From: Octopus sinensis
Taxonomy: Eukaryota
Direction of reading: 5' to 3'
Assembly (NCBI RefSeq): GCF_006345805.1
Contig: NC_042997.1
Span: forward strand, 23,126,001 to 23,190,000
Length of the DNA stretch: 64,000 nucleotides
Part shown: positions 14,358 through 26,980 of the stretch, piece after piece
Position numbering within the stretch: position 1 is the first letter of the stretch
How the letters are laid out: each line of letters opens with the position of its first letter
Notes under the pieces: generated by a model
Seen by the model: the letters and a program-made list of their open reading frames with translations, nothing else
The model's database searches: none
Told to the model about the DNA's origin: nothing
Translations under genes and position numbers: made by a program

Positions 14358-14591
14358 ATAAATTAGAAAAAAACCCACCTTTTATCAATTCAATAATGAA
14401 AAATTACATTATACCATTTAGAAAAATTATAGAAAGATTAAATATAAGATAAAACATAATGATGATTAAGTAATGTGAAAAATAATAAATATGTTTTATC
14501 TTATATTTAACCTTTCTATAATAATTTTTCTAAATGGTATAATTTAATTTTTCATTATTGAATTGATAAAAGGTGTTTTTTTCTAATTTAT
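14358..14591. repeat. AT-rich foldback palindrome (~100-bp arms, ~31-bp spacer), probable MITE
   Basis: 14358-14458 is the reverse complement of 14490-14591 with few mismatches. Confidence 0.9.
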
Positions 14592-14592
14592 A

Positions 14593-17090
14593 TCATCATC
14601 ATCATCATCATCGTTTAATGTCCGTTCTCCATGCTAGCATGGGTTGGATGGTTCGACCGGGGATCTGGGAAGCCAGAAGGCTGCACCAGGCTCCGGTCTT
14701 ATCTGGCAATGTTTCTACAGCTGGATGCCCTCCCTAACGCCAACCACTCCGTGAGTGTAGTGGGTGCTTTTTACGTGTCACCTGCACTGGTGCCAGGCGA
14801 GGCTGGTATCGGCCATGGTCAGATTGGTGCATTTTACGTGCCACCTGCACGGAAGCCAGTCGAGGCGGCACTGGCTTCGGCCACGATTCGGATGGTGCTT
14901 TTTACGTGCCACCGACACAGAAGCCAGTTGAGGCGGCGCTGGCATCGGCCACGATTCGGATAGTGCTTTTTACGTATCTCCAGTCCAGGGGTCCTGGCAT
15001 CTGCCGGGTGCCAGTCATAGGATTGGTTCAATTTCGATTCCGATTTCACTTGCCCCAACAGGTCTTCGCAAGCAAAGGGGGGTTGGCATAGGTGCCTGTC
15101 GTAGGATGAGGTTCGATATCGACTTTGCTTGCCTCAACAGGTCTTTGTGTGTCCAAGAGAGGAAAGGCATGCATAAGTGGACATGCCTGGTCTTTTCACG
15201 CACAGCATATTTCCAAAGGCCTCGGTCACTGGTCATTTCCTCAGTGAGACCTAAAGTTCGAAGGTTGTGCTTCACCACCTCGTCCCAAGTTTTCCTGGGT
15301 CTACCTCTTCCATGGGTTCCCTCCACTGCTAGGGATTGGCACTTTTTCACACACCTATCTTCATCCATTCTCGCCACATGACCATACCAGCGCAATCGTC
15401 TCTCTTGCACACCACAACTGATGCTCCTTAGGTCCAACATTTCTCTCAGGGTACTAACGCTCTGTTGAGCATGCACACTGACATTACACATCCATCGGAG
15501 CATACTGGCTTCATTTCTCACGAGCTTACGCATGTCCTCAGCAGTCACGGCCCATGTTTCACTGCCATGTAGCATGGCTGTTTGTACACATGCATCATAC
15601 AGTCTGCCTTTTACTCTGAGCGAGAGGCCTTTAGTCACCAGCAGAGGTAAGAGCTCCCTAAACTTTGCCCAGGCTATTCTTACTCTAGCCATTACACTTT
15701 CAGCACACCCACCCCCACTACTGACTTGGTCACCAAGATAACGGAATCTATCAACTATTTCTAGTTTTCCCCCTGGAAAGTGACGGAAGTTGTTTTCTGC
15801 AGATTTTCAGAGGTTAATGCTCCCGAGCATCTGCCACATACAAAAACCATCTTCCTAGTTAGCCTTCCTTTGACATTGCTGCACCTCTTATGTGTCCATA
15901 GCTTACACTTGGTGCATCTTATAGAGTTTCTACCTACACCTTTTCTACAGATCGAGCAGGGCCATCTACCTGAAGGCGTTTGTGATTTGTCTACCTTCCT
16001 ACTTATTATGACTTTGGTTTTAGCTAGATTGACTCTAAGGCCCTTTGATTCTAAACCTTGCTTCCACACCTGAAACTTCTCCTCCAGTTCTGATAGTGAC
16101 TCAGCAATTAGAGCAAGGTCATCAGCATAGAGGAGCTCCCAGGGGCATCCTGTCTTGAATTCCTCCGTTATTGCCTGGAGGACTATGATAAATAGGAGGG
16201 GGCTGAGGACTGAGCCTTGGTGGACCCCTACCTCTACCCGGAATTCTTCACTGTACTCGGTGCCAACCCTCACCTTACTAGTAGCGTCCCTGTACATGGC
16301 TCGCACAGCTCTCACTAACCATTCATCTATCCCTAGTTTCCTCATTGACCACCAGATGAGGGATCGGGGGACCCTGTCGAAGGTTTTCTCCATGTCAACA
16401 AAAGCCAGGTACAGGGGCTTATCTTTGGCTAGGTATTTCTCCTGCAGCTGCCTTACCAGGAATATAGCATCAGTGGTACTTTTCCCTGGCACGAACCCAA
16501 ACTGCATCTCATCTAAACTAACTCTCTCTCTCTCTAATTAGTTGGGTTATGACCCTCTCTGTAACCTTCATTACCTGATCCAACAGCTTGATACCTCTGT
16601 AATTATTTGTATCTAGGGCATCACCTTTACCTTTGTAGCAGTTGACTATTATGCTGCTACACCAGTCATTGGGTATGACTCCTTCGTGTATCACCTGATT
16701 AACTATACAGGTGACTAGGCTATAGCCGACACTACCAGATATTTTGAGCATCTCTGCAGTGATACCTGATGGGCTTGGGGCTTTCCCTGTCTTCATGCTT
16801 CTAATTGCCTTAACTACCAAGGAACTATCAACTCTGATAGCTGGTCCCTCTGTTGGGTCAACATTTGGCAGACTCTCTTTATCCCATTCATTTTCTTTAT
16901 TCAGCAACCTTTCATAGTGGCGTCTCCAAGCCTCTCTCTTTGCATCCTCGTTTAGCGCAAGTGACCCATCTTCCATGTGAACACACTTCTCTCCTACCAC
17001 ATCACAATTCTCTCTCACACGCTGTCTTGCAACGCGAAACACTTCCAGTCTTTGGTCCTCACGGCGCAGAACATTGGCAATTTTTTTCTT
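14593..17090 (-). mobile_element. RTE LINE, 5'-truncated, RT plus PHD-type finger plus 3' UTR; frameshifted
   Basis: ORFs 16518-17042, 15761-16507 and 15106-15692 give GKAPSPSGI, NYRGIKLL, QFGFVPGKST, FVDMEKTFD, GVHQGSVLSP, YADD, RLRWYGHV; (GAT)n tail at 14593. Confidence 0.95.
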
Positions 17091-17194
17091 ATCTATATTA
17101 TATTTTATATATTTTTGTGAAATTTGATTTAGTATTTCTAAATTGAATTTTTCCCTATAAGTTTGGAATAATATTCCCTCATATTATTATTATT

Positions 17195-17246
<52 letters not shown>

Positions 17247-17254
17247 CGTGCGTG

Positions 17255-18140
17255 CATGCATGCACCAGATTTGTTCAAAAAGTATCTGGCTATTTTTTCA
17301 CACCAAGACTAATGCCGTGGAGGCAAAATCCTTTGTGTCAGATATGACACCACTCTTCTTGCATGTACATGATTATTGCACCAGTAGGCCTTGTCAGTTC
17401 TCAGCTGTTATGCCTAGAGTACAGACATGTAGTGTGTGCTTGTAGGATTTTCATTTACACTAAATGCATCAAGCAGAGATATTACATCAAGTTTCGCCAA
17501 AATGTCGATGATACTCAAGCTCAAACAATCCAGAAGATTCAACAGACTTTTGGCAATGATGCTATAGGAAAAACTCAGATCAAGGAGTTGTATAACCACT
17601 TCAGGAATGGCCTATCTCAAGGTAAGCTCAGGCAGGCCATCCACAAGCCAAAATGTGGAGCCAATTGAGAAGATTCAGTGAATTGTCATGGAAGACCATC
17701 ATGTAACAATCTAGGAAATCGCTCACATAGTTGGTATAAGCACAGTTCTTTCCATTTCAACACAGGATTTGTGCATGCTGAGAGTGTTGATGAAATTCAT
17801 CCCCAAGGTGCTGGTGGAACAGCAGAAGCAACTCCATATGGAAATCACTCAGGACATTCTGGACTGTGTAAACCATGACCCAGATTTCATAGAGACTATC
17901 ATCCTGGTGATGGAACACGGGGTTTTGGACTCTGCTTGATGTGTTTGGACATCGTGTGTGAAAACAAAAATCTGATGAGCATCTGTACTCTAGGCATAAC
18001 AATCAGGAACTGATGCAGCCTACCAGCATGAAAATCTTTAAGCATGCACAGAAGTGTGGCATCACCTCTCATCCAAAGGATTTTCCCCACACAGCATTAG
18101 TTTTGGCAGGGAAAAATAGTCTGATACTTTTTGAATGCAT
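17255..18140 (+). mobile_element. Internally deleted mariner element, copy 1, with ~220-bp inverted arms
   Basis: Encodes RYYIKFRQNVDDTQAQTIQKIQQTFGNDAIGKTQIKELYNHFRNG and KFIPKVLVEQQKQLHMEITQDILDCVNHDPDFIETII (mariner N-terminus); TIR ttcaaaaagtatctggctattttt / aaaaatagtctgatactttttgaa. Confidence 0.85.
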
Positions 18141-18176
18141 GACATGCACATGTGTGTGTGTGTGTGTGCGTGCGTG

Positions 18177-19062
18177 CATGCATGCACCAGATTTGTTCAA
18201 AAAGTATCTGGCTATTTTTTCACACCAAGACTAATGCCGTGGAGGCAAAATCCTTTGTGTCAGATATGACACCACTCTTCCTGCATGTACATGATTATTG
18301 CACCAGTAGGCCTTGTCAGTTCTCAGCTGTTATGCCTAGAGTACAGACATGTAGTGTGTGCTTGTAGGATTTTCATTTACACTAAATGCATCAAGCAGAG
18401 ATATTACATCAAGTTTCGCCAAAATGTCGATGATACTCAAGCTCAAACAATCCAGAAGATTCAACAGACTTTTGGCAATGATGCTATAGGAAAAACTCAG
18501 ATCAAGGAGTTGTATAACCACTTCAGGAATGGCCTATCTCAAGGTAAGCTCAGGCAGGCCATCCACAAGCCAAAATGTGGAGCCAATTGAGAAGATTCAG
18601 TGAATTGTCATGGAAGACCATCATGTAACAATCTAGGAAATCGCTCACATAGTTGGTATAAGCACAGTTCTTTCCATTTCAACACAGGATTTGTGCATGC
18701 TGAGAGTGTTGATGAAATTCATCCCCAAGGTGCTGGTGGAACAGCAGAAGCAACTCCATATGGAAATCACTCAGGACATTCTGGACTGTGTAAACCATGA
18801 CCCAGATTTCATAGAGACTATCATCCTGGTGATGGAACACGGGGTTTTGGACTCTGCTTGATGTGTTTGGACATCGTGTGTGAAAACAAAAATCTGATGA
18901 GCATCTGTACTCTAGGCATAACAATCAGGAACTGATGCAGCCTACCAGCATGAAAATCTTTAAGCATGCACAGAAGTGTGGCATCACCTCTCATCCAAAG
19001 GATTTTCCCCACACAGCATTAGTTTTGGCAGGGAAAAATAGTCTGATACTTTTTGAATGCAT
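18177..19062 (+). mobile_element. Internally deleted mariner element, copy 2 (tandem duplicate, period 922 bp)
   Basis: The ORF track repeats with an exact 922 offset (17363/18285, 17678/18600, 17899/18821). Confidence 0.88.
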
Positions 19063-20514
19063 GACATGCACATGTGTGTGTGTGTGTACATATTTCAATG
19101 TTTGATTCATCATAAAAATAATGTTACATTAATCTGGAGGGTTACTCCATACTTTTGTAGAGTAAAGATTTATTGCTTTTTAATAAGAATAGTATTGACA
19201 GTGATTTTGAAGTTTCAATCAACAAGCTATCATTGAACAGTCTGATGATGGCTTAGCTAGCCAAAACTTCAGTCATTGCCAATATTATTCTTGTTAAAGA
19301 ATAGTGTGTGTGTGTGTGAGAGAGAGAGATATCTAGCAGAGTATATTACATTATTTAAACTATTTTAGCCTAGGGTAAGCCATGAGAGAGCAGTCCTATG
19401 ATCAAAGGTAATAAGTGTGACCATTCCATCTTTCTCATGATCATTGCATATCTGGGAATACATTATCTGATATGGCAGTCCCTTTCCAGAGTATAATTTG
19501 AGGAAGATTTGACTGCTATTCCTAGCAAATCAGACAACCATATAGGGACCATCTCATAAGTAAATACTCCTAAATAAGCTTGCTTTCAAGATTGTCTACT
19601 CTCTCTTCTCAAAACATTCCACTTCATCACAGTTCCATAAACTTAATAGGCCATTGAGGTGCCATTAAGTTCTTCACCAAAATTTAGTGATTCAATGGAA
19701 TAATATACTCAAAGGATTCACATTGCTTATTATGGGTCTGGACCTAAACATAGCACTTAAAACCAACAAAATATTTGCTAGTGCTATAAAGTCCATAAAG
19801 CCTACAACAACATATTGTATTTTCCAATAGTACCTGTTTACAGAGACACAGCTGTGCTATTGAACATTATACATCTTTATCCGTGATAGTTTCAATCAGC
19901 ATTTGATTTAAACCTTTCGTTACTGTATTCATTTTGAGACAGTGTAACCAGGACAACACTCTCCAATGTGTCTTTCTGTTTTTAAAATAGTAGAGTGTGA
20001 TTTGAAGGAGATCTGGCAATTTTTCCTCGCAGATCAAGTGATGATGCCAAGTATCCCAAATTACTAGAGATATTGCGTGGCAGAGCAAAGTAAGTCTTCA
20101 TGAACATTAAAAAATCTAATCAAAAAAAATTCTGACAAAATTGAGCTCAATAATTAATGTTATTTTAATCATTTCCACAAGAACAGAAGGCTACTCCAGA
20201 TATGTTTCATCATCATTAGATCTCTGCAGAAAAGCACAGAATCCACTGTACTTTTTGAAATAATATAAAAGAATTATTAAGCATATATTCAATATTGCAT
20301 GGGTAGGCATTAAAAAAATTAGCGTATTTAAAAAATAAATCATTATGTGATTGACACCAGTTAGTTTTGAATAAAATATGAATCCTAGTATCATCAAACA
20401 GTTGTCTGCAGATGTCGATTTATGTGGAATGTGAATTGCTTTAAATATTGGACACTGTCCAGGTACTATTCGATACTTAAAATTATATAGTGAATGTTTA
20501 TCTATCTATCTATC

Positions 20515-21050
20515 ATCATCATTGTTTAAGGTCCACTTTCCATGCTAGCATGGGTTGGACGATTTGACTGAGGTCTGGCGAACCAGATGGCTGCACCAGA
20601 CTCCAATCTGATCTGGCAGAGTTTCTACAGCTGGATGCCCTTCCTAACGCCAACCACTCCAAGAGTGTAGTGGGTGCTTTTACATTCCACTGGCATGAGG
20701 ACCAGTTAGGTGGTACTGGCAATAGCCACGCTCAAATGACCTCGCTCGAATGTTTTTTTCACGTGCCACCAGCACAAGTGCTAGTAAGGCAACACAGGTA
20801 ACGATCATGCTCGAATGGTGTTTTTAACATGCCATCGGCATGAAGGCCAGCTTGTTGCTCTGGCAATGATGTCACTCATATGGTACTCTTAGCGCTCCAC
20901 TAACAACGGATGCCAGTCACCAAGTTAGATTTCGATTTTGATTTCACTTGCCTCAACAGGTCTTCGCAAGCAGAGTTTAGTGTCCAATGAAGGAAAGGCA
21001 CGCATAAGTGGACAGGTTTCACCCCTGGCATAGGCCATAAGGTTATGGTC
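20515..21050 (-). mobile_element. RTE 3' UTR/tail copy
   Basis: catcatcattgtttaaggtccactttccatgctagc... family sequence extending to the ORF2 end region. Confidence 0.8.
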
Positions 21051-21569
21051 TCCCTATCTATATTGTGGATTATTCTAGGTATGGTCATTGCTAGCTGAAT
21101 CTATAGTGATAAGTTAATTTGTTCAATTGTTGTTATTATACTTCAGTCATTATCAATATAAAGTTCTTTGTTGTCTTCTAGATGAGATTTGTGCATAGAT
21201 ATTAACTGTGTTATTGTATTTCTAAAAAACAAGGCATTGTCTGTTTTAATTCCTTTCAAAATAATGAAGGATTTGGAGAAATTTAGTAAAATAATTTCTA
21301 CATTATTAGCTAGTGTTAGGAATATAAATTAAGGTTATCTAAAATTATAGTAGAAGATTTTAATTAAAATATAGCATTCTAAAGCAAGAGGTCTTTAAAT
21401 CATTGACAATTCCTTGGCATAAAAATGATAAAGTGTTTTTAGATGTTTTCATGGCAAATTTTAAATCATGTCATTATACATTTGCATGTCCATCAATGTA
21501 AATTGTTATGTGATGGAAGGCGTTAAGAGAGCAATAACTTATATTTTGAAAAGGATAAGAAAGCAGATG

Positions 21570-21830
21570 TTTTCTTGAGAATTCTGAACATCTGTTGAGA
21601 TAGTGTGCTACAGGGTCAGAAGGTAAACAGAATTGAAGTATTCTGTGGTTCTAGCGTTCAAGTAGGATGCACATTGGAGTACTGCTCAAACATCTGGACT
21701 GGCAATGTAGCTATACACAGGAACATTCAAGAATACATTTAAAAGAGAGCCATTCAACTGACTGGTAAAGAAAGACTCACTCTTCAACATGCTACAGCTG
21801 CTATCATTTCTCCCTATTCTATCACTGATA
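21570..21830 (+). pseudogene. Highly degenerate LINE ORF2 C-terminal relic
   Basis: Reads ...LEYCSNIWTG...KRAIQLTG, resembling the LEYCS.IW / QKRA.RLI motif of CR1/L2/Jockey-group LINEs. Confidence 0.4.
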
Positions 21831-24494
21831 CAACCATCGCTGTTTCTTTGAACTTAGATGGCTGAATACCATCTCCACTAAGCTACCCAACACACCTGTC
21901 TCTTCTCTTCTCACCCAGTCTGTAACTCATTGTTCGGACACTGTATTTAACCATCGTGCTCAATCCTACCTCTATTAACCTATTTCCTACAGACATTGAT
22001 TTACAAGATGTTCAAGCTCAACATAAACTGCATCAATCTCACCAGTTTCAGAAGTTGAATGTCACAAGTACAGCCTCATTCTCTACTAAACCACAAAAAC
22101 AAAGTGAAAAGGCTAATCTTTTGGAAGTAGATTCAGTTATGTTATACAAGTGGAGTTGTCAGGAATGAAAGCTAACATTTTTAGCAACTTGGAAGGTTTT
22201 AATTGCAATATTGTAGTACCTCACCTTCTCAAGGTTGAGGTACAAGATTTTTTTTTCATCATATGAGCAGCCATTGTGCCATTGTGCTGTTGAAAGAAAC
22301 TAGATTGTTATGTCTCCATTGGAGAATATTTTCAGTATCCTTTTATGAAAGCAATGAAGTTTGACATGAAATGAGATGTTATCTGTGTAGAAGGTTAAAG
22401 AGGATCAAGTTATAAGCTATCAGTGCTTGATCTCTTAGCCATGTCTCAACTGGACATAGTATGTTGCCACATCATCTAAAAATGCATTAATATCACTGTT
22501 ATATTTTTTATCATAAAATATAGTAATAATTGAAATAAAATCTGTTACAAGAAGGCAAACAAATTGTTTTTTACTGAATATGACTCAGTAATTTTTCTAC
22601 AACATAAAGTTTCAATGCCTAAGTATTCTTTTAATGTTTTACTAAAGCTCAGTAACATTTTTTGCAGTATATTTTATGATGAGTTTTTATATATTTTATT
22701 TATGCATTTTCTTTGAAGAAAAACAAGATTTAAAGCCCAAATTTCCTATGACAATTCCTTTAGAATTAATGTATCTGTTTCCCATAAATCATATTACTAA
22801 AATATATCTATTTTTTACCAACACATCTTTGAAGTTCTAAAATTTTTAGTTACAATGTATCTTCGGTTAGTTCATTGATTTATATTCTTTAAGAACCACA
22901 GATTAGTTGAAAGGATATTTTAAGAGCCTAATATGAGATTGTAACTCAAAATTACATTAATAAAAAAAGATTCAAAAATTAATTCCTAAGATCATCAAAG
23001 TTTAGGAAAGCTTAATTTTTCTAAATGCATTGATTGATATAATGCAATCATCAAATTCTTTCATAAAACTATGAAAGAATTATTATTGAATGGTAACACA
23101 GGTGGCTTCATTTGGCTATATGCAGAGTTAATAATATATGCATACACTCTGAACACTAAAATTATATGTAGACTTCAAATCATTTGCATTCAACAAAATT
23201 CACAAGAAAATAAACTTAGAACATTCTACTTCTCAGACTAGATTAATTTGAATCCGGGAATAAAAAGTTTTACAGTTACATAACAGTTTTAAAAAGTGTT
23301 CTGTAATATTTTACCTGCAGAAGGAAATACAACAAATATCAAATTACCTCATGTAAAGATAACTGATTGATTCCCAAATCAATAAAACTATTTGAATATG
23401 TTCATTGTTTTCAACAGGTCAGTGTTAACAAATATCAAGAGTTTGGATTTAGGTGCTATGTAGGAGTTTAAATACAAGGCTATAGAACTGAATCCTCAGT
23501 TAAATTTTTGCAAACAATAGATGAAACAATCAGTATTGAATAAACAAAAAGCTCTATTGAATAAATTATTCCTTCCATTCTATAACAAATCAATGCTGAA
23601 TTTAACATCCATTTCCATATACAAAAGACATTGAAAAGCATCAAAAGTGAAAATAATAATAATATTTAATATTTCAAATACTTTATAGTTACTGATATTG
23701 TTGTTGTGGTTATATATTTGTAACTGTCACTGCTAATGATGCCATTCCATTACAATAGAATTATACACAACTTTGTTGAAGATCTCCAATTATCTATTGT
23801 ATTCAAAATTTATATACATCTATACATGTCTACATTTGTATCTCTGAATAATGGCTCATTTGTTTTGTTTTGTTTTTTATGTGTTAGAGGCTTTATGCAA
23901 AATTACACTACTCAAAACTATTTTTATAATATATTTTATTGGCAACGAGAGGAGGAAAACTTATATACAAAAAAATTCTTTTGTTACATTAACAGAAATA
24001 AGCCAAATTTTTAAAACATATAATCTTGTGAGGTGCGCTAATTCTTGACTGGTTTTCCTACTAACAACCTGCCCATTTATACTGTTTTATTCTGAAACCT
24101 ACTCATTTTTTAGTCTTATGACCAAAATAAGCTATAAATGCAATAGTCACGAGACCTATTTATCATAACCTCAGTTCAGCATTTCACAGGAATATACACT
24201 TGTTTAGAGGACTCACTGAACTTAGCAACTAAATATTTAAGGTAGGATTACAAACATTTACTTATAAGTTACATTTCTTGGATAATTTTTCCATTGCAAT
24301 ATATATATATATATACACATATATATATATATATATATATATCTGTGTGAGTGTACATGTAAGTATATTTACATATTTATATTCAGATAAAGGTGATGAT
24401 TGCTACTCAGAGATTGTTACTATGTTTCATCATTCAAGTAACATCTTTTTGTTAACTGAATGATTGACAGCTATTTCCAAAACAAAATCTATCA

Positions 24495-24527
24495 ATTTCT
24501 ATGCATACACACACACACACATACAGA

Positions 24528-24589
<62 letters not shown>

Positions 24590-24598
24590 TACAGATGC

Positions 24599-24669
<71 letters not shown>

Positions 24670-24700
24670 CGCACACATACATATGCATACACACACATGG
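24495..24700. repeat. Compound (CA)n-CATACAGATG-(TA)n microsatellite with a duplicated unit
   Basis: cacacacatacagatgcatatata occurs twice, about 80 bp apart. Confidence 0.9.
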
Positions 24701-24767
24701 TGTAACTGAATCCAGTGATAAGAGTTCATGTCTTGCAAGAGATCACAAATTTAACTGTTTTATAGAT

Positions 24768-25020
24768 GCAAGTGTAGCTGTGTGGTAAGAAGTTTCTTTC
24801 AGTCAAACGATTCTGGGTTCAGTCCCACTGTGTGACACCTTGGGTGAGTGTTTTCTACGATAACCCTTGGCTGACCAAAGACTTGCGAATGGATTTGATA
24901 GTCAGAAACTGAAAGAAACCTCTTGTATGTATATACATGTATATATCTATGTATGTGTGTCTTTGTGTTTGTCCCCTCACCACTGCTTGACTAAATGTGT
25001 TGGTTTGTTTACATCCCCAT
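24768..25020 (+). mobile_element. tRNA-derived CORE-type SINE
   Basis: A-box-like tagctgtgtgg, B-box-like gggttcagtccc, ccttgggtgagtgt core; same family as 1905, 53050, 55860, 57960. Confidence 0.7.
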
Positions 25021-25029
25021 AATTTAAAG

Positions 25030-25300
25030 TTTAGAAAGCTTCTACCCCTACTGAGCGAAAGGTAGATTGTAGGATGCTTGTGTGCGAACTGCCATGCTTC
25101 ACGGCAGTGAAACATGGGCCATGACTGTGGAGGACATGTGTAGGCTTGAAAGAAATGAAGCTAGCATGATCCGCTGGATGTGTAATGTCAGTGCGCAAAC
25201 ACGACAGAATGTAAGCACCCTGAGAGAAATGTTGGACATAAGAAGCATCAGATGTGGTGTGCGAGAGAAACAACTGTGCTGGTATGGTCATGTGCAACAG
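25030..25300 (+). mobile_element. RTE ORF2 thumb fragment
   Basis: ORF 25082-25306 MRTAMLHGSETWAMTVEDMCRLERNEASMIRWMCNV. Confidence 0.85.
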
Positions 25301-26510
25301 GGTTAAATGAATGGAGTATACGTGGCACAAGCTTATGGACCCGTTATATTTTAAAAAAGTGTTTGCAGCCATTTTCTCTGAGTTTCTTACGTTAAATACA
25401 TCACAGAATTGACCCCCAGGTATTTTCAAGTAAAAGTTTACATTCACTCTGTTGAACAAGTGTGGATAAACGGTTTTCTATCAACAAAAATGTTAAAAAT
25501 CTCTCACAAGGCTTTCTGTTATAGAAGTATGAAACCATGATTACCAGCTGCTCAAGATATGTCAGCTCCAGCATTAAGGCAACAATAATATAATATTTGT
25601 AGTCTAGGTTGTTGATTTCATTCTTGATTTAACTTGCACATTTTTCTAAAATTTCTACCAATCTTTTATACATGGTTTGGCCAGATAAAAAGCATCTACT
25701 TTCTCATTTTTACATTTTTTGAGATGATCATGTAAAAATAAGTTCAATGATTCCGCCAATGAAACTTCCATTGTTTGGTAAGCTCTATTTCTCATCCCTC
25801 TAAGTGTCAAACCTTTATTACTTAAAACCCTTCAAAACACTTGCAGCTCTTCTCAATGCCTCAAACAAGTATTGTGTGCTTCAAGTTGCTGACCCTCAGT
25901 ATTTCCATTTGATTTCCTACATGTTCAACACATCATACTTTAATGATGCATGCTATCTTCTCTGATTCCCCAGTTTTAAATGTTTAACCAGTCAGAAAAC
26001 TCATTTAGAAAAGTGTCTGGAAACAAAAGACTGTATATGCAGCTTTAGCTCTTTGAATAAACTAGCCAGGATCTCATTTTTAATCTATTATTAAAATAGA
26101 TGTTCAAGAAATTTGTTTTGCTCCTGTAAGCCCTGCTTGATTTGGTATATAGTATCACCTGTTTTTATTTTATAGTTTGAGAACAATCCAGGTAACAGTT
26201 AAGAAATCTTAAAATCATTGAATTCACTTCCTATTTCATTTCATGGTACTTTCATTTTTGACCATTTTGATCTGTATCAACATGCCAACAGTGAGTTGAA
26301 TGCAGTCAGAAAGAACTTCCACATTTTGTGGTATTATCATTGGCTTCTCCATTAGCTTGGTTTGTTTTCCCAGAAGATGCTGACAAACTTTACATAGTAA
26401 AATAGTTTAATAGGTTTTGATATTTAAGTTTGCCAGATAACTATCCCTTAAGTACATGTTTCTGACATCAACTTCAGTATTTTTATGAACCCATTGTTAT
26501 TTCTCTAGAG

Positions 26511-26980
26511 CAGGAGTCGCCAAACTTTTTCGACATTGACCCCCTTTAGTCCCTTCTTCTGCATTGCCCCCCCCCCTTCTCATTTAAAATATCTTAATAC
26601 CCTAGCATACCACATCTTAAATGCATACTGGGTACTGATGCTGACAAAAACGTTTACAAGATATGTATTTAATATCTTATCTCCGCTAGCTGGCCTGGTC
26701 ATTTCCGTAAGCAAACACTTGACAGTCCGCATCCTCTCAATCTCCAATTACAATACAGATTATGACCTCAAGTCTATAACATTAGCAACAGCAGACTTCT
26801 CGTTGCAGTGAAAATTTGTTTTCCCACATTCCATGGTGCTGACTAAGTATTTCAAGCAGTTCATCTGGGTAAGCTGGTCTTTCATATGCCGACCCCTATT
26901 TGACCCCTTGGCTATCAGCAACACCCCCACTCTCCTGTAATTCCTCGCCAACTCCTAGGAGTCCTTTTGGCAACCTCCTG
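26511..26980. mobile_element. hAT (Charlie-type) MITE with 8-bp TSD
   Basis: TIRs CAGGAGTCGCCAA / TTGGCAACCTCCTG; TSD ctctagag (26503-26510) / ctctaaag (26981-26988), matching the NTCTAGAN Charlie target preference. Confidence 0.88.

Noticed and set aside
24190-24241. Possible 52-nt + strand exon (ttcacag|...GIYTCLEDSLNLATKYL...|gtagga)
   Set aside because: Weak polypyrimidine tract, no partner exons, no recognisable homology.
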